Numbered from the stretch's first letter, positions 1-10,287 are shown. The stretch is 36,578 nt of DNA from a virus (IMGVR_UViG_3300020187_000092:1-36578); one strand, 5' to 3'. Notes: generated from the letters alone by a model not told the origin. Made by a program: numbers and translations.

Positions 1-1188
1 TGTAGAACCCGTAGGGCCTATAGGACCAATAGGACCAATAGGACCAATAGCACCTTGTGGACCAATAGGACCTTGAGCACCTTGTGGTCCGATAGGACCA
101 ATAGCACCTTGTGGACCAATAGGACCTTGAGCTCCTTGTGGACCAATAGGACCAATAGGACCTTGAGCTCCTGTAGAACCCGTAGGGCCTATAGGACCAA
201 TAGGACCAATAGGACCAATAGCACCTTGTGGGCCAATAGGACCTTGAGCACCTTGTGGCCCGATAGGACCGATAGCACCTTGTGGTCCGATAGGACCGAT
301 AGCACCTTGTGGACCAATAGGACCAATAGGACCTTGAGCTCCTGTAGAACCCGTAGGGCCTATAGGACCAATAGGACCAATAGGACCGATAGCGCCTTGT
401 GGGCCAATAGGACCTTGAGCACCTTGTGGCCCGATAGGACCGATAGCACCTTGTGGTCCGATAGGACCGATAGCACCTTGTGGTCCGATAGGACCGATAG
501 CACCTTGTGGACCAATAGGACCAATAGGACCTTGAGCTCCTGTAGAACCCGTAGGACCAATAGGACCGATTGGGCCAATAGGACCAATAGCACCTTGAGG
601 ACCGATAGGACCTTGAGCACCTTGTGGACCAATAGGACCGATAGGACCTTGAGCTCCTGTAGAACCCGTAGGGCCTATAGGACCAATAGGACCAATAGGA
701 CCGATAGCACCTTGTGGGCCAATAGGACCTTGAGCACCTTGTGGACCAATAGGACCAATAGCACCTTGAGGACCGATAGGACCTTGAGCTCCTTGTGGAC
801 CAATAGGACCAAGAGGACCGATAGCACCTTGTGGGCCAATAGGACCTTGAGCACCTTGTGGACCAATAGGACCAATAGCACCTTGAGGACCGATAGGACC
901 TTGAGCTCCTTGTGGACCAATAGGACCAATAGGACCTTGAGCTCCTGTAGAACCCGTAGGACCAATAGGACCAATAGGACCAATAGGACCAATAGCACCT
1001 TGTGGTCCAATAGGACCGATAGCACCTTGAGGACCGATAGCACCTTGAGGACCGATAGCACCTTGAGGACCGATAGGACCTATAGGACCAATAGCACCTT
1101 GTGGTCCGATAGGACCTTGAGCACCTTGTGGACCAATAGGACCTTGAGCTCCTGTAGGACCTGTAGGACCGATAGGACCAATAGGACC
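1..1188. repeat. 9-bp-period coding repeat array (collagen codons) with larger duplicated blocks
   Basis: Recurrent units aggaccaat / aggaccgat / agcaccttg and a recurring block gagctcctgtagaacccgtagg. Confidence 0.95.
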
Positions 1189-1353
1189 TGCGCTTTGTTC
1201 TTTAGTACCTACTATACCACTGGAGTTTATGGTAAGAATAGTATTTTCAGATGTTTGGGCGGGGAGGGAACCTAGAGTTAGACCCCCTGTAGCTTCAATA
1301 CTGTTAAGTGTTGCATCGCTTCCGGAGACGATGACTTTTTTCCAATTTGGCAT
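1..1353 (-). CDS. Collagen-like (Gly-X-Y) fibre protein, 3' end runs off the window
   Basis: Not in the ORF track. Hand translation from ATG at 1353 gives [55 protein letters not shown], then [15 protein letters not shown] triplets in frame to base 1. The N-terminus matches 1905-3725 ([13 protein letters not shown]). Confidence 0.92.
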   Translation of the reverse strand, partial: MPNWKKVIVSGSDATLNSIEATGGLTLGSLPAQTSENTILTINSSGIVGTKEQSAGPIGPIGPTGPTGAQGPIGPQGAQGPIGPQGAIGPIGPIGPQGAIGPQGAIGPQGAIGPIGPQGAIGPIGPIGPIGPTGSTGAQGPIGPIGPQGAQGPIGPQGAIGPIGPQGAQGPIGPQGAIGPLGPIGPQGAQGPIGPQGAIGPIGPQGAQGPIGPQGAIGPIGPIGPIGPTGSTGAQGPIGPIGPQGAQGPIGPQGAIGPIGPIGPIGPTGSTGAQGPIGPIGPQGAIGPIGPQGAIGPIGPQGAIGPIGPQGAQGPIGPQGAIGPIGPIGPIGPTGSTGAQGPIGPIGPQGAIGPIGPQGAIGPIGPQGAQGPIGPQGAIGPIGPIGPIGPTGSTGAQGPIGPIGPQGAQGPIGPQGAIGPIGPQGAQGPIGPQGAIGPIGPIGPIGPTGST

Positions 1354-1363
1354 AATTTCTTTT

Positions 1364-1416
1364 ACTATGGTTGGTTACAGGATTGCCTGCCCACTTCCCC
1401 TATTGGGGCCTATAAT
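1364..1416 (-). ncRNA. Candidate structured 5' leader RNA (three-way junction)
   Basis: GC-rich island in an AT-rich gap. Minus strand reads AUUAU-A-GG CCCC-AAUA-GGGG AAG UGG-GCAGG-CAAU-CCUGU-AA-CCA A CC-AUAGU, ending 10 nt before the ATG. Confidence 0.55.
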
Positions 1417-1484
1417 ACAAGCATAAATACACAAAAAAGAACCAATATATGAGTCTTTTTAAATATTTTTTGAATGTTTTTAAA

Positions 1485-1631
1485 CTATTCTTTTGGGGGT
1501 CCTTGTTGGAGATTTTTTATATGGTTATCCGTTTTTTCTTGTAGTTTAACCATCTTTGGAGCGCTTTGGCCCTGTATCGTTAAGACATCTAGGGCTGCCC
1601 TAATAACTGTTAATTCTTCTAAATTATACAT
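1485..1631 (-). CDS. Small 48-aa helical protein, possible fibre assembly factor
   Basis: Hand translation MYNLEELTVIRAALDVLTIQGQSAPKMVKLQEKTDNHIKNLQQGPPKE*. The start overlaps the stop of the upstream gene. Confidence 0.7.
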   Translation of the reverse strand: MYNLEELTVIRAALDVLTIQGQSAPKMVKLQEKTDNHIKNLQQGPPKE

Positions 1632-1869
1632 TATCTAAGTTATTTTTTAGTTTCATAGCCAATGTATAAACGGATTCTACCATCTCCCCTTTAAAAGTTG
1701 AGTTCTTTAAAGATTCTAAAAGAATTAAAGTCTCTACTTCGTTTAACACCACAGATGGGGGTGTTTTTGATTTAGGGGATTTTTTTGTTAAGGAGGAAGG
1801 TGTAGCCTCCCCAGAAGGGGAAGCTACTTTTTTATTTCCTGCTTTTACATTATTTGCTTTAAAGCTCAT
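1624..1869 (-). CDS. Hypothetical 81-aa protein
   Basis: The track ORF 1624-1920 overlaps the upstream gene; ATG at 1869 (MSFKANNVK) after an AT-rich gap is the more likely start. Confidence 0.65.
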   Translation of the reverse strand: MSFKANNVKAGNKKVASPSGEATPSSLTKKSPKSKTPPSVVLNEVETLILLESLKNSTFKGEMVESVYTLAMKLKNNLDNV

Positions 1870-1904
1870 AAGTATAAAATTTAAAAACCTTTTAAACATT
1901 AGTA

Positions 1905-3725
1905 TTAAGAGTAAATCCAAATACCTTCATCATCACCTACGAATAAGTTACCTTTAGATTCGTATCTATCATCTACTAAAGCGTTAATAGCAGTATTGCT
2001 ACTAGCGTTACCAGTTGATACGTTTGCCATAAAGGCATCTGGAGTGAATACGTTTTGTGAAGCATCGAATGCATCAGCGATTGCCCATCTTTCAGTAGCA
2101 GCGTCGAATGCGAATACCTCACCTACATCTTGACCAGTTTGTTGTACTACGATACCACCGTCTCCAGCAGAAGTAGAACCAGAAGCTAATAAGATAAATC
2201 TATCAGCAATAGCTAAATCTTCTGTGTGTTGGAACGATGCAGTACCTTGTACTACTAAGTTTCTAGATACAGTTAAGTCTTGAGTGATTGTTACATCATC
2301 AGGTAAACCTACAGTAATAGTACCAGCTCCTTCAACAACAGTTGCTTCGTTAGCAGTACCAGCGAAAGTGATTGATTGACCTAAAGCGATCTCTGTTGCG
2401 TTTGAACCATCAGTAACTTCAATAACACTATTTGCTAACTTAGCGTTAGTTACGTTAGCGTCAAGAATCTTAGAAGTAATAACTGAATCAGAAGCTAACT
2501 CTACAGCAGTAACACCACCAGCGTTAACAGCAAGACCAGCAGCACCTACAGTTAAAGTAGAACCTGAAACCTCAGCAGCAATAGCTACACCAGCTGAACC
2601 ATCATAGGTAAAGTCAGCGATACCATTTCCGTCTGTTAAAGCGTTTTCAATAGTACCAACAACATCAGTTAAAAGTGAACCATCACCTTGGAACGAACCA
2701 GAGAATGAACCTGAACCTACAGCACCTGTTAAGGTTAAACCAGCTATTGAAGCTGCTGTAGTACCTAAATCTACTTCAGTAGAACCAAGAGTTACAGAAT
2801 CATTTACTAACTTATCGTTAGCGATTGCACCTTGTAACATTGCGTTAGTTACACCAGAAGCAGAAATGTCTAAGGTAATAACTTGTCCTGAAGCAGCTGA
2901 AAGTAAACCTGAACCACCAGCAACTGTTAGTGACTGAGAATCTAAATCAACAGCACCAGTACCTGAATCACCAGCGATATCTAAATCTTGAGCTGTTACG
3001 TTGTTATCAACGTAGTCCTTAACTGCTTTAGTTGTAGCTAAGTTATCATCAGATCCTGTAGTAGCAGGTGAAATACCTTCTACAGATGTTACAACAGCAG
3101 CAGGGCTTAACTTAACAAATGTTACAGCTTCATCAACTAGTTCAGCTGTATCAACACTACCATCAGCTAAAGAAATACTTACTGCAACATCATCAGCACC
3201 GATATCTGCAGTACCAGCAGCATCACCACTAACAGTAACAGAGAATGCAGCATCAGCAATCTTACCTAAAGTTACTGAGTCAGCAGCTAACTTAGCATCT
3301 GTAACAGCTAAATCATTGATTTTTGCAGTTTCAACAGCTGAAGCAGCTAAGTGCTCAGTGTCTACTGCTAAATCAGCAATTTTAGTTCCATCTACTGCAT
3401 CAGCAGCTAATTGAGCGGTATCAACACCTAACTCGTTTACTGCAACACCTGATGCTCCTACTTTTAAAGTAGTACCATCTAGATTTACGGTAGCAGTTAC
3501 AGCGGTGTTACCATCAAAGGAACCACCATTTAAACCGTCACCGAGGGTTAATGATTCATTTAGGGATGCAGAAACACCCGTTAAAAGCGAACCATCACCT
3601 ACGAACGAACCCGTGAAAGATCCGGACAATACTTGTCCGTCTACTAACTGACGGGCATAATTAAGATCATTGTTTAACTGAGAGACATCACTCCCGGAGA
3701 CAATGACTTTTTTCCATGTAGCCAT
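1905..3725 (-). CDS. Phage fibre/structural protein with 10-aa repeats
   Basis: 606 aa, A/G/S/T/V/D-rich. Repeats of the AVxTxKIAxx type; the SGSFxGSFxGDGSLLT module occurs twice; lies in the fibre cluster. Confidence 0.8.
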   Translation of the reverse strand: MATWKKVIVSGSDVSQLNNDLNYARQLVDGQVLSGSFTGSFVGDGSLLTGVSASLNESLTLGDGLNGGSFDGNTAVTATVNLDGTTLKVGASGVAVNELGVDTAQLAADAVDGTKIADLAVDTEHLAASAVETAKINDLAVTDAKLAADSVTLGKIADAAFSVTVSGDAAGTADIGADDVAVSISLADGSVDTAELVDEAVTFVKLSPAAVVTSVEGISPATTGSDDNLATTKAVKDYVDNNVTAQDLDIAGDSGTGAVDLDSQSLTVAGGSGLLSAASGQVITLDISASGVTNAMLQGAIANDKLVNDSVTLGSTEVDLGTTAASIAGLTLTGAVGSGSFSGSFQGDGSLLTDVVGTIENALTDGNGIADFTYDGSAGVAIAAEVSGSTLTVGAAGLAVNAGGVTAVELASDSVITSKILDANVTNAKLANSVIEVTDGSNATEIALGQSITFAGTANEATVVEGAGTITVGLPDDVTITQDLTVSRNLVVQGTASFQHTEDLAIADRFILLASGSTSAGDGGIVVQQTGQDVGEVFAFDAATERWAIADAFDASQNVFTPDAFMANVSTGNASSNTAINALVDDRYESKGNLFVGDDEGIWIYS

Positions 3726-3798
3726 AATTAATTACGTTTTTTTTAATTTATTAAATATTAGTTAACTAACAGAACCTTTAAATATTATTATTATTTGA

Positions 3799-3806
3799 TA
3801 TAAATA
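3799..3806 (-). promoter_or_regulatory. Putative late promoter motif (TATTTATA on the coding strand)
   Basis: The same 8-mer, in the same orientation, recurs in many intergenic gaps upstream of structural genes. Confidence 0.55.
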
Positions 3807-3815
3807 TGTATCAAT

Positions 3816-4949
3816 TTAATCCCCAATCCAAAAATCTGACTGAGAGTACATAAGTCCTCCTGATACAGCTGTTGGTGTAGAATCGAACTGAGCAAACGTT
3901 ACTACTCCTTCAGAGTTAACGCTAAAAGCCTTTTCACCCCCGTTAGGAGCTACAGATAAAGCATCTTCACCTGACGTTCCTTCAATAAATAAAGAACCTG
4001 TAAGATTAGTAAATCCTATAACTTCTAAACTACCAGTAATCTTTGCTGAACCTGTGTATGGGAATAAATCTCCACCTCCACCTCCAGGGATGTCTATAAT
4101 AACACCTCTTGAACCTGTAGAAGTTATTGTTACACCTGAACCTGTAAAGAATAAATCTTCAGCATTACCTCTAACACTTGAGCCTGTATAATATACATCA
4201 ACACCCGCTACTATATCATCTAAGAAATCTTGGATTTCTATTTGGAAAGCAGCTGTTTCTTGACCTGTATTTAACTCTTGAATACCTGCAAGGTTTCTAG
4301 TAAATATTGGGGCTAAAGATTCTGAAGGTGTTAGTGCTACAATAGCAAGACTTTGGTTAGAACTAACAGACATTTCATCCCCAGATTCTGATTCCGTTCC
4401 TTTTTCACCCCATTTAATATAAATAGAACCCTCAGTACCACCTGGATTTCTATAAAATACTTCTGAAATAGTATATTTATGGAATCTACCTGGGATTGAT
4501 GATTGGTCTGGGGTTACAGCATCTCCTAAAATAGAGTAAACTGTACCATCAGAAGTAAAATCAGTATCATTACTACCCGTAATATCACGGAAGTCTACAA
4601 TACCTTGTGGGTCAGTTAAAGAAGCTGAAGGGATAAAGTAATCACCTTGTGGGGGTGAGATTCTACCTAAACCTTGTGACTCAGCTGTTAAGGGATTATC
4701 TTCAACAGTAATAGTATTACTTGCTGTATCAACGGCTGTAATTACAGTTCCTGATGGGAAAGCTGATGACTCAACTAATATCTGCCCTACTCTAATCTTA
4801 TCTTGACCAAAGTAACCACTTTCATCTGTTACGTTAGTAAGTGTAGTAGATGAGGTAGTAGCATCAAAGCGTACTCTAATATATGAGTTAGAACCATTTC
4901 CTATAGGGGTAGCGTTACCAAGCTTACCGTAAAAAAGTTGTCTTGCCAT
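3816..4949 (-). CDS. Putative virion structural/fibre-associated protein
   Basis: 377 aa, beta-rich, with TGS motifs (FPYTGSAKITGSLEV); shares a YYTGS...GGGG module with 5033-7225. Confidence 0.7.
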   Translation of the reverse strand: MARQLFYGKLGNATPIGNGSNSYIRVRFDATTSSTTLTNVTDESGYFGQDKIRVGQILVESSAFPSGTVITAVDTASNTITVEDNPLTAESQGLGRISPPQGDYFIPSASLTDPQGIVDFRDITGSNDTDFTSDGTVYSILGDAVTPDQSSIPGRFHKYTISEVFYRNPGGTEGSIYIKWGEKGTESESGDEMSVSSNQSLAIVALTPSESLAPIFTRNLAGIQELNTGQETAAFQIEIQDFLDDIVAGVDVYYTGSSVRGNAEDLFFTGSGVTITSTGSRGVIIDIPGGGGGDLFPYTGSAKITGSLEVIGFTNLTGSLFIEGTSGEDALSVAPNGGEKAFSVNSEGVVTFAQFDSTPTAVSGGLMYSQSDFWIGD

Positions 4950-4974
4950 TGTCTATTACTTAATATTGATTAGT

Positions 4975-4982
4975 TATAAATA
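4975..4982 (-). promoter_or_regulatory. Putative late promoter motif
   Basis: TATTTATA on the coding strand, just downstream of a terminator and 25 nt before the ATG. Confidence 0.6.
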
Positions 4983-4984
4983 CT

Positions 4985-5010
4985 AAAAAAAGAGCCCCAA
5001 AACGGGGCTC
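4985..5010 (-). terminator. Intrinsic terminator
   Basis: Minus strand GAGCCCC-GTTTT-GGGGCTC followed by T7, downstream of the collagen gene. Confidence 0.85.
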
Positions 5011-5032
5011 TAAAGTATTTTTTTTTACATCT

Positions 5033-7225
5033 TTAGAAATGTAAAGTGTATAATACATCCCCAAACACATCTAAACCACCTGATAATGAGTAAATATTAT
5101 GGTTAGTAGTTGTACTAAAAGTTAGGGATGCTGCGTTTACTTGACTTGAGCTAGAACCCCCAACATTATAATAGTTAAATGCGGCTGGTACTCTAGAGTT
5201 TAAAGTATTCTGCTTACCAGCACCATTTGTTATAGCGTTATTAGGAACAGTTACTGTAATAGTAGCATCTTCCATTTGGTCTAAGAACGTAGTTACTGAA
5301 ATAAGTTGTACGTTCCCTGATGATGGAGATTCTAGAGTTAAAGCTGTGTTTGTTAAAGCTGAAACATCAAATGCTGGGATATAAGCACCTTCATCACCAC
5401 TAGTATCACCTGAACTAGCTACTGTAGCTGTAAAAGTATCAGTCCCAGTTGAAGTAATAGAAACATATGTATAATCTTCACTCATATTTCTGATTATAAC
5501 GTAGTCTCCAGTTGATAAGCCGTGAGAGACTTTAGTAACTGTTAAGGTAGCACCTGAACGAGTCCAACTTAAACCACCTTCTACGTTACCTGATGATAAC
5601 AGTTGTGCTACGTTATTACCTGAAGTTACTTCATATCTAATAACTGGGTTATATGAGGCTCCACCTCCACCAGTACCACTAGTTACTTCAACTTCAATAC
5701 CTTGTGATCCCGAAGCTACAACTTTAACTCCTGTTCCTTTGAAGTTAATAGTATCATAATCAGCTACAACTAAAGAACCTGTATAATAAGCATCTGCTGT
5801 TCCTGCAGGACCAGTAGGACCTGTAGGACCTTGAATACCTGTTGAACCTGCAGCACCTGTAGCACCAATAGGACCAATAGGACCGCTAGGACCTGTAGCA
5901 CCTTGAGCACCTGTAGTACCTGTAGGACCAATAGGACCAATAGGACCAATAGGACCGCTAGGACCAGTAGGACCAGTAGGACCTGCTACTGTTGAATCTG
6001 CTCCTGTAGGACCAATAGGACCAATAGGACCAATAGGACCACTAGGACCTGTAGCACCTTGGGCACCTGTAGCACCAATAGGACCACTAGGACCCGTAGG
6101 ACCAGTAGGACCTGCTACTGTTGAATCTGCTCCTGTAGGACCAATAGGACCAATAGGACCGCTAGGACCTGTAGCACCTGTAGCACCTTGGGCACCTGTA
6201 GCACCTTGGGCACCTGTAGCACCAATAGGACCGCTAGGACCAGTAGGACCAGTAGGACCTGCTACTGTTGAATCTGCTCCTGTAGGACCAATAGGACCAA
6301 TAGGACCAATAGGACCACTAGGACCTGTAGCACCTTGAGCACCTGTAGCACCTTGAGCACCTGTAGCACCTTGAGCACCTTGAGCACCTGTTGGACCTGC
6401 TACTGTTGAAGCTGCTCCTGTAGGACCTGTAGGACCTTGAGCACCTGTAGCACCACTAGGACCTTGAGCACCTGTTGCACCTGCTACACCACTAGGACCT
6501 GCTACACCACTAGGACCACTAGGACCTTGAGCACCTGTTGAACCTGCAGCACCTGTAGCACCAATAGGACCAATAGGACCTTGAGCACCTGTAGCACCAC
6601 TAGGACCTTGAGCACCTGTTGCACCTGCTGCACCACTAGGACCTGCTACACCACTAGGACCACTAGGACCTTGAGCACCTGTTGAACCTGCAGCACCTGT
6701 AGCACCAATAGGACCAATAGGACCAATAGGACCTTGAGCACCTGTAGCACCACTAGGACCTTGAGCACCTGTTGAACCTGCAGCACCTGTAGCACCAATA
6801 GGACCTTGAGCACCTGTAGCACCACTAGGACCTTGAGCTCCTGTTGCACCTGCTACACCACTAGGACCTGCTACACCACTAGGACCACTAGGACCTGTAG
6901 GACCTGTAGGGCCTGCTACTGTTGAAGCTGCTCCTGTAGGACCAATAGGACCTTGGGCACCTGTAGCACCACTAGGACCTTGAGCACCTGTTGCACCTGT
7001 TGCACCTACAGAACCTGCAGGACCACTTGGACCCTGAGGACCAGTTGGACCCTGAGGACCACCACCGCCGCCACTACCACTTCCTACAGTGATAATATTA
7101 CCATCAGATTCTTTTAAAAATAGTGAAGAGTTACCTAAGGAGCCTGAGGTAAATATCGCTATTTGTCCAGTTCCAGGATTATCTACAGCGCTACCAGAGG
7201 TATATTGAATATTAATTTGAGCCAT
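5033..7225 (-). CDS. Collagen-like fibre protein with a globular C-terminal domain
   Basis: 730 aa; long Gly-X-Y tract (about 5803-7059) with periodic GA(A/D)STVA interruptions; beta-rich C-terminus. Confidence 0.92.
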   Translation of the reverse strand: MAQINIQYTSGSAVDNPGTGQIAIFTSGSLGNSSLFLKESDGNIITVGSGSGGGGGPQGPTGPQGPSGPAGSVGATGATGAQGPSGATGAQGPIGPTGAASTVAGPTGPTGPSGPSGVAGPSGVAGATGAQGPSGATGAQGPIGATGAAGSTGAQGPSGATGAQGPIGPIGPIGATGAAGSTGAQGPSGPSGVAGPSGAAGATGAQGPSGATGAQGPIGPIGATGAAGSTGAQGPSGPSGVAGPSGVAGATGAQGPSGATGAQGPTGPTGAASTVAGPTGAQGAQGATGAQGATGAQGATGPSGPIGPIGPIGPTGADSTVAGPTGPTGPSGPIGATGAQGATGAQGATGATGPSGPIGPIGPTGADSTVAGPTGPTGPSGPIGATGAQGATGPSGPIGPIGPIGPTGADSTVAGPTGPTGPSGPIGPIGPIGPTGTTGAQGATGPSGPIGPIGATGAAGSTGIQGPTGPTGPAGTADAYYTGSLVVADYDTINFKGTGVKVVASGSQGIEVEVTSGTGGGGASYNPVIRYEVTSGNNVAQLLSSGNVEGGLSWTRSGATLTVTKVSHGLSTGDYVIIRNMSEDYTYVSITSTGTDTFTATVASSGDTSGDEGAYIPAFDVSALTNTALTLESPSSGNVQLISVTTFLDQMEDATITVTVPNNAITNGAGKQNTLNSRVPAAFNYYNVGGSSSSQVNAASLTFSTTTNHNIYSLSGGLDVFGDVLYTLHF

Positions 7226-7241
7226 TACAGGTGTATTTTGT

Positions 7242-7249
7242 TATAAATA
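7242..7249 (-). promoter_or_regulatory. Putative late promoter motif
   Basis: TATTTATA on the coding strand, 16 nt before the ATG. Confidence 0.6.
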
Positions 7250-7267
7250 TTATTTCTTCTATTAAAG

Positions 7268-7588
7268 TTATTGAACTCTATCAGGAACTGTAAATATTCC
7301 GTTAGTCACTACTGTTCCTAAAATCATAGGGGCAGATGTGACAGATAAAACACCGTGGGAATAAACAGGATTTGGGCCTGGGATTACTAAATCCCCACCT
7401 TCTATTGTTAAGACTGCTCCTTCAGCTACTATTAACTCTGATACCTCAATGTTAGTATTTTTACTTACAGTAAAAGTAGTCCCTGGGAGTACGACTCTGG
7501 GGATAACGGTATCATTACCTGTAGCAGGTGTTGTGTCCTTTGAGAAGGAGGAGATTGAAACTTGATCTAAAAATCTAACTTGGCTCAT
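7268..7588 (-). CDS. Hypothetical beta-rich virion protein
   Basis: 106 aa; ATGA overlap with the upstream gene. Confidence 0.7.
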   Translation of the reverse strand: MSQVRFLDQVSISSFSKDTTPATGNDTVIPRVVLPGTTFTVSKNTNIEVSELIVAEGAVLTIEGGDLVIPGPNPVYSHGVLSVTSAPMILGTVVTNGIFTVPDRVQ

Positions 7589-8553
7589 TCTTCGTTGTTT
7601 ATTCTTTTACGTGTGTTCACATTTGTGTTTACACGAGTTCTACCATCATCTGTAACCTGTGGATTTGGTTGGAATACATCTGGTTTTGATGTAGTTTCCA
7701 TCGAAAATATAATCTTTGATTTTTCATTATATTTTTTAATGGAGGATAAATCCTTTTGTATAATATCAGGTATTATATACCCATACATATTAATACTAAA
7801 TGTACTCCTTACTACTCTTTCTTGTCCATCGTTTAGTTCTTGGATAGTGTTAAACTGATCGATTGAAGTATTAAACTTAAATCTTTCAGGATCACCCCAA
7901 TATGAATCTGAAGCGTAGTTAACTGCTTCGATTATTTTGTTTAACTGGTCAATATAGTAAGTTTGGATAATAACACTATATTGTAAAGTAACGTAATCTG
8001 GGACTACGTTTGCTATGAACTGTTTTGTTTGAACTCTGTTATTTAACGCATCAAAGTTAGAGTAGAAGTTTTTACTATTATATTGTTTTTGCCAAGAAGT
8101 ATATAAGTTAGGAAAGTTAGCATCCAACTTATTAGTAAGATTTCTTTTTTTAGTTATACTATTACGTTGGAACATAATGATTGGGTTCATTATCTTACCA
8201 CTTCTATCTCTATAATATCCATCTTTTTGAAATGATTTCCACCTTTCAGGAGCACCATAGACAATAGGTACAGCTATTCTTTCACCATTTTGGTAAACTG
8301 TAGGACGTATTACATTTTGAAAATAATACATTAGTGCTTCGTCAATATCTTGGATACCAACAGTAAACTCCTTATAGTTATCTTCCTTTTGAGACATTTT
8401 CTCAGAACGATTAAAACTAATCCCAGATTGGTTAACATCGGGATTAGAGGAATATTCTGTAGCTGTATTAGGGTTTACACCAGTATAAGGTTCTACCCCA
8501 GCTTCACTAATCTCTCTTTGAGTTTTTGGTCTTGGTTTTCTGTTCTTAGCCAT
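7585..8553 (-). CDS. Tail completion / sheath stabiliser, T4 gp15-like
   Basis: IAVPIVYGAPERW resembles the gp15 VPI-x-YG motif; third of three coupled neck-type genes. Confidence 0.65.
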   Translation of the reverse strand: MAKNRKPRPKTQREISEAGVEPYTGVNPNTATEYSSNPDVNQSGISFNRSEKMSQKEDNYKEFTVGIQDIDEALMYYFQNVIRPTVYQNGERIAVPIVYGAPERWKSFQKDGYYRDRSGKIMNPIIMFQRNSITKKRNLTNKLDANFPNLYTSWQKQYNSKNFYSNFDALNNRVQTKQFIANVVPDYVTLQYSVIIQTYYIDQLNKIIEAVNYASDSYWGDPERFKFNTSIDQFNTIQELNDGQERVVRSTFSINMYGYIIPDIIQKDLSSIKKYNEKSKIIFSMETTSKPDVFQPNPQVTDDGRTRVNTNVNTRKRINNEE

Positions 8554-9119
8554 TAGAATCTTTCTTTATAGGGTGAAATAGCTAACTTATCAGCAGGCAC
8601 ATAATGGGTATTACAGATAATAGAAACACTATATCCAAACTGGTCTAAATCCATATTCCCTAATGGGTTATCTCCGTTATCATCTTTATAATCATAATCT
8701 GGGTTTTTACCTACGAAGTATTGATTAGCATTTGTACCATCAACCTCGTAGTATCCGTTTTTCCACATTATAATATCTCCTACCTCAGGTACTAAGTTAG
8801 CACCATAAACTGAATTGGAGTTAAATTCTTCTAGTTTGTTTAGGAGATCATCTCTTAGGAACTTAAAAGTAATACCCCATTGGAAGTCTACACCAATTTC
8901 ACTATCAGGGTATGATTGATCACTTCTTTCGATAATAGAGTTTAATAACACAGGTTCGTTCCAATATTTTTCTTTGGATGCTTCACCATACATGTTAACT
9001 ACTGTTTCTTGGATATCTGGTTTATAATACACTACTTGTTGGGATATAACGTTCCCCATCAACTCTCGGTTGACGTGTCTAAACATGCTTATATCTCGTG
9101 CTTCCCCAAATAATGCCAT
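8553..9119 (-). CDS. Neck / head-closure protein, T4 gp14-like
   Basis: NMYGEA and PEVGDIIMW...YYEVD motifs; position after the gp13-like gene; TAATG coupling. Confidence 0.65.
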   Translation of the reverse strand: MALFGEARDISMFRHVNRELMGNVISQQVVYYKPDIQETVVNMYGEASKEKYWNEPVLLNSIIERSDQSYPDSEIGVDFQWGITFKFLRDDLLNKLEEFNSNSVYGANLVPEVGDIIMWKNGYYEVDGTNANQYFVGKNPDYDYKDDNGDNPLGNMDLDQFGYSVSIICNTHYVPADKLAISPYKERF

Positions 9120-10273
9120 TAGCCTACAAATATAGTCATTGGTATATAAGTCATCTCTTCATTTCTGAACTGAGATTCGTCTCTTCGTCTCTCTAACATA
9201 GCTCTTTTTGAAGTTTCATCAAAGTATGTTCTTAGTTTTTCAACCAGTTTATCTCTATCTTTTTCTCCACCTGCCAATAAGTCACTACCATTTAAAGTAA
9301 CATCTGAACCTGGGATTGGGATGTTTTGATATTTGTTTCTAACGTAAGCTAACATTTCTTTAGCAATAGCTAATGTCATTTCAAAAATCCAACTTCTACC
9401 TACTGAGTTGATTTTTAGGTATTGAGGGTTTTCATAAGGGACATTTGATACATCTGATATTTTGTCTGTAGCATCAATGATAGAATCAGCTAACCTTTCA
9501 TCTTTTTTAAGATATTGGAACCAAAGTTTTGTACCTGTATCACCATCACTAGGGATTGGGAATATTCTAAGTTGGTTATTTATTAACTCGAATGAATAGT
9601 TAGATCTTCTGATTTGTTCACTCATCTCGATTGATTGCATTCTGGCTAAATCGAAATTAAGTGGCATTAGTAAGAAGTTTACAGCAGGTGAATAACCACC
9701 CCAACCGAAGCTATCGGTTAAACCCATCATACCGGTTCCTGTACCCCCAAATGGATCATAAAATCTATCAATAGCAGGGGGTGCTTCATAAAATACTCTT
9801 CTTATTTCAACATTTTCCCCCTCTAATCCGTTTTCAGAAGCCCAAGTATCCAAGTTATAATCTTGTACTGACCCTGTTAACGAGATAGAACCACTATACC
9901 AATTTGTATTACCTCCAACACCAGCTTCAGTACCATATTGTCCTGAATACTTGATGATAGTGGCTAAGTTAGGTTGGATTATTTTGTCATTTAAGGGAAA
10001 TCTAGCATCACCACCTTCTAAAGAAAGATAGTTTTCTCTAATCTTATAAGCGTATAGCTCATTAGCATAAATAGTTGTTGCCTCCTCAAAAGCTGTATAG
10101 AAATTTATATCCTGTAATTCAACATTTTGAATTGGATATCCTAACCTTTGAGCACAAAACTTAGCTACCTTATCTGCATCCCCCATAAATTCACTATCAT
10201 AATCATAAAACCCAAAAGGAGTTTTACCAGGAGCGAAGGAAGATGAACCAGGCCAAATCGCGATATCTGCCAT
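9119..10273 (-). CDS. Neck / head-tail adaptor protein, T4 gp13-like
   Basis: RLGYPIQNVEL near the N-terminus and KYQNIPIPGSDVTLNG near the C-terminus match the gp13 pattern (LGxP..VEL; LPGG.T.NG). Confidence 0.8.
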   Translation of the reverse strand: MADIAIWPGSSSFAPGKTPFGFYDYDSEFMGDADKVAKFCAQRLGYPIQNVELQDINFYTAFEEATTIYANELYAYKIRENYLSLEGGDARFPLNDKIIQPNLATIIKYSGQYGTEAGVGGNTNWYSGSISLTGSVQDYNLDTWASENGLEGENVEIRRVFYEAPPAIDRFYDPFGGTGTGMMGLTDSFGWGGYSPAVNFLLMPLNFDLARMQSIEMSEQIRRSNYSFELINNQLRIFPIPSDGDTGTKLWFQYLKKDERLADSIIDATDKISDVSNVPYENPQYLKINSVGRSWIFEMTLAIAKEMLAYVRNKYQNIPIPGSDVTLNGSDLLAGGEKDRDKLVEKLRTYFDETSKRAMLERRRDESQFRNEEMTYIPMTIFVG

Positions 10274-10287
10274 ATTGTTATTTTGGT

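Noticed and set aside
1-1188. Possible CRISPR array or satellite
   Set aside because: No unique spacers; the 9-bp periodicity is fully explained by Gly-X-Y coding; no cas genes.
55-1275. 406-aa + strand ORF (WTNRT repeats) and the VLLVL-type minus ORFs at 360-632 and 675-1061
   Set aside because: Antisense and off-frame shadows of the collagen gene; repetitive codons lack stops. The same applies to 6646-6849.
1229-1426. 65-aa + strand ORF
   Set aside because: Antisense to the collagen gene start and its leader; no supporting signals.
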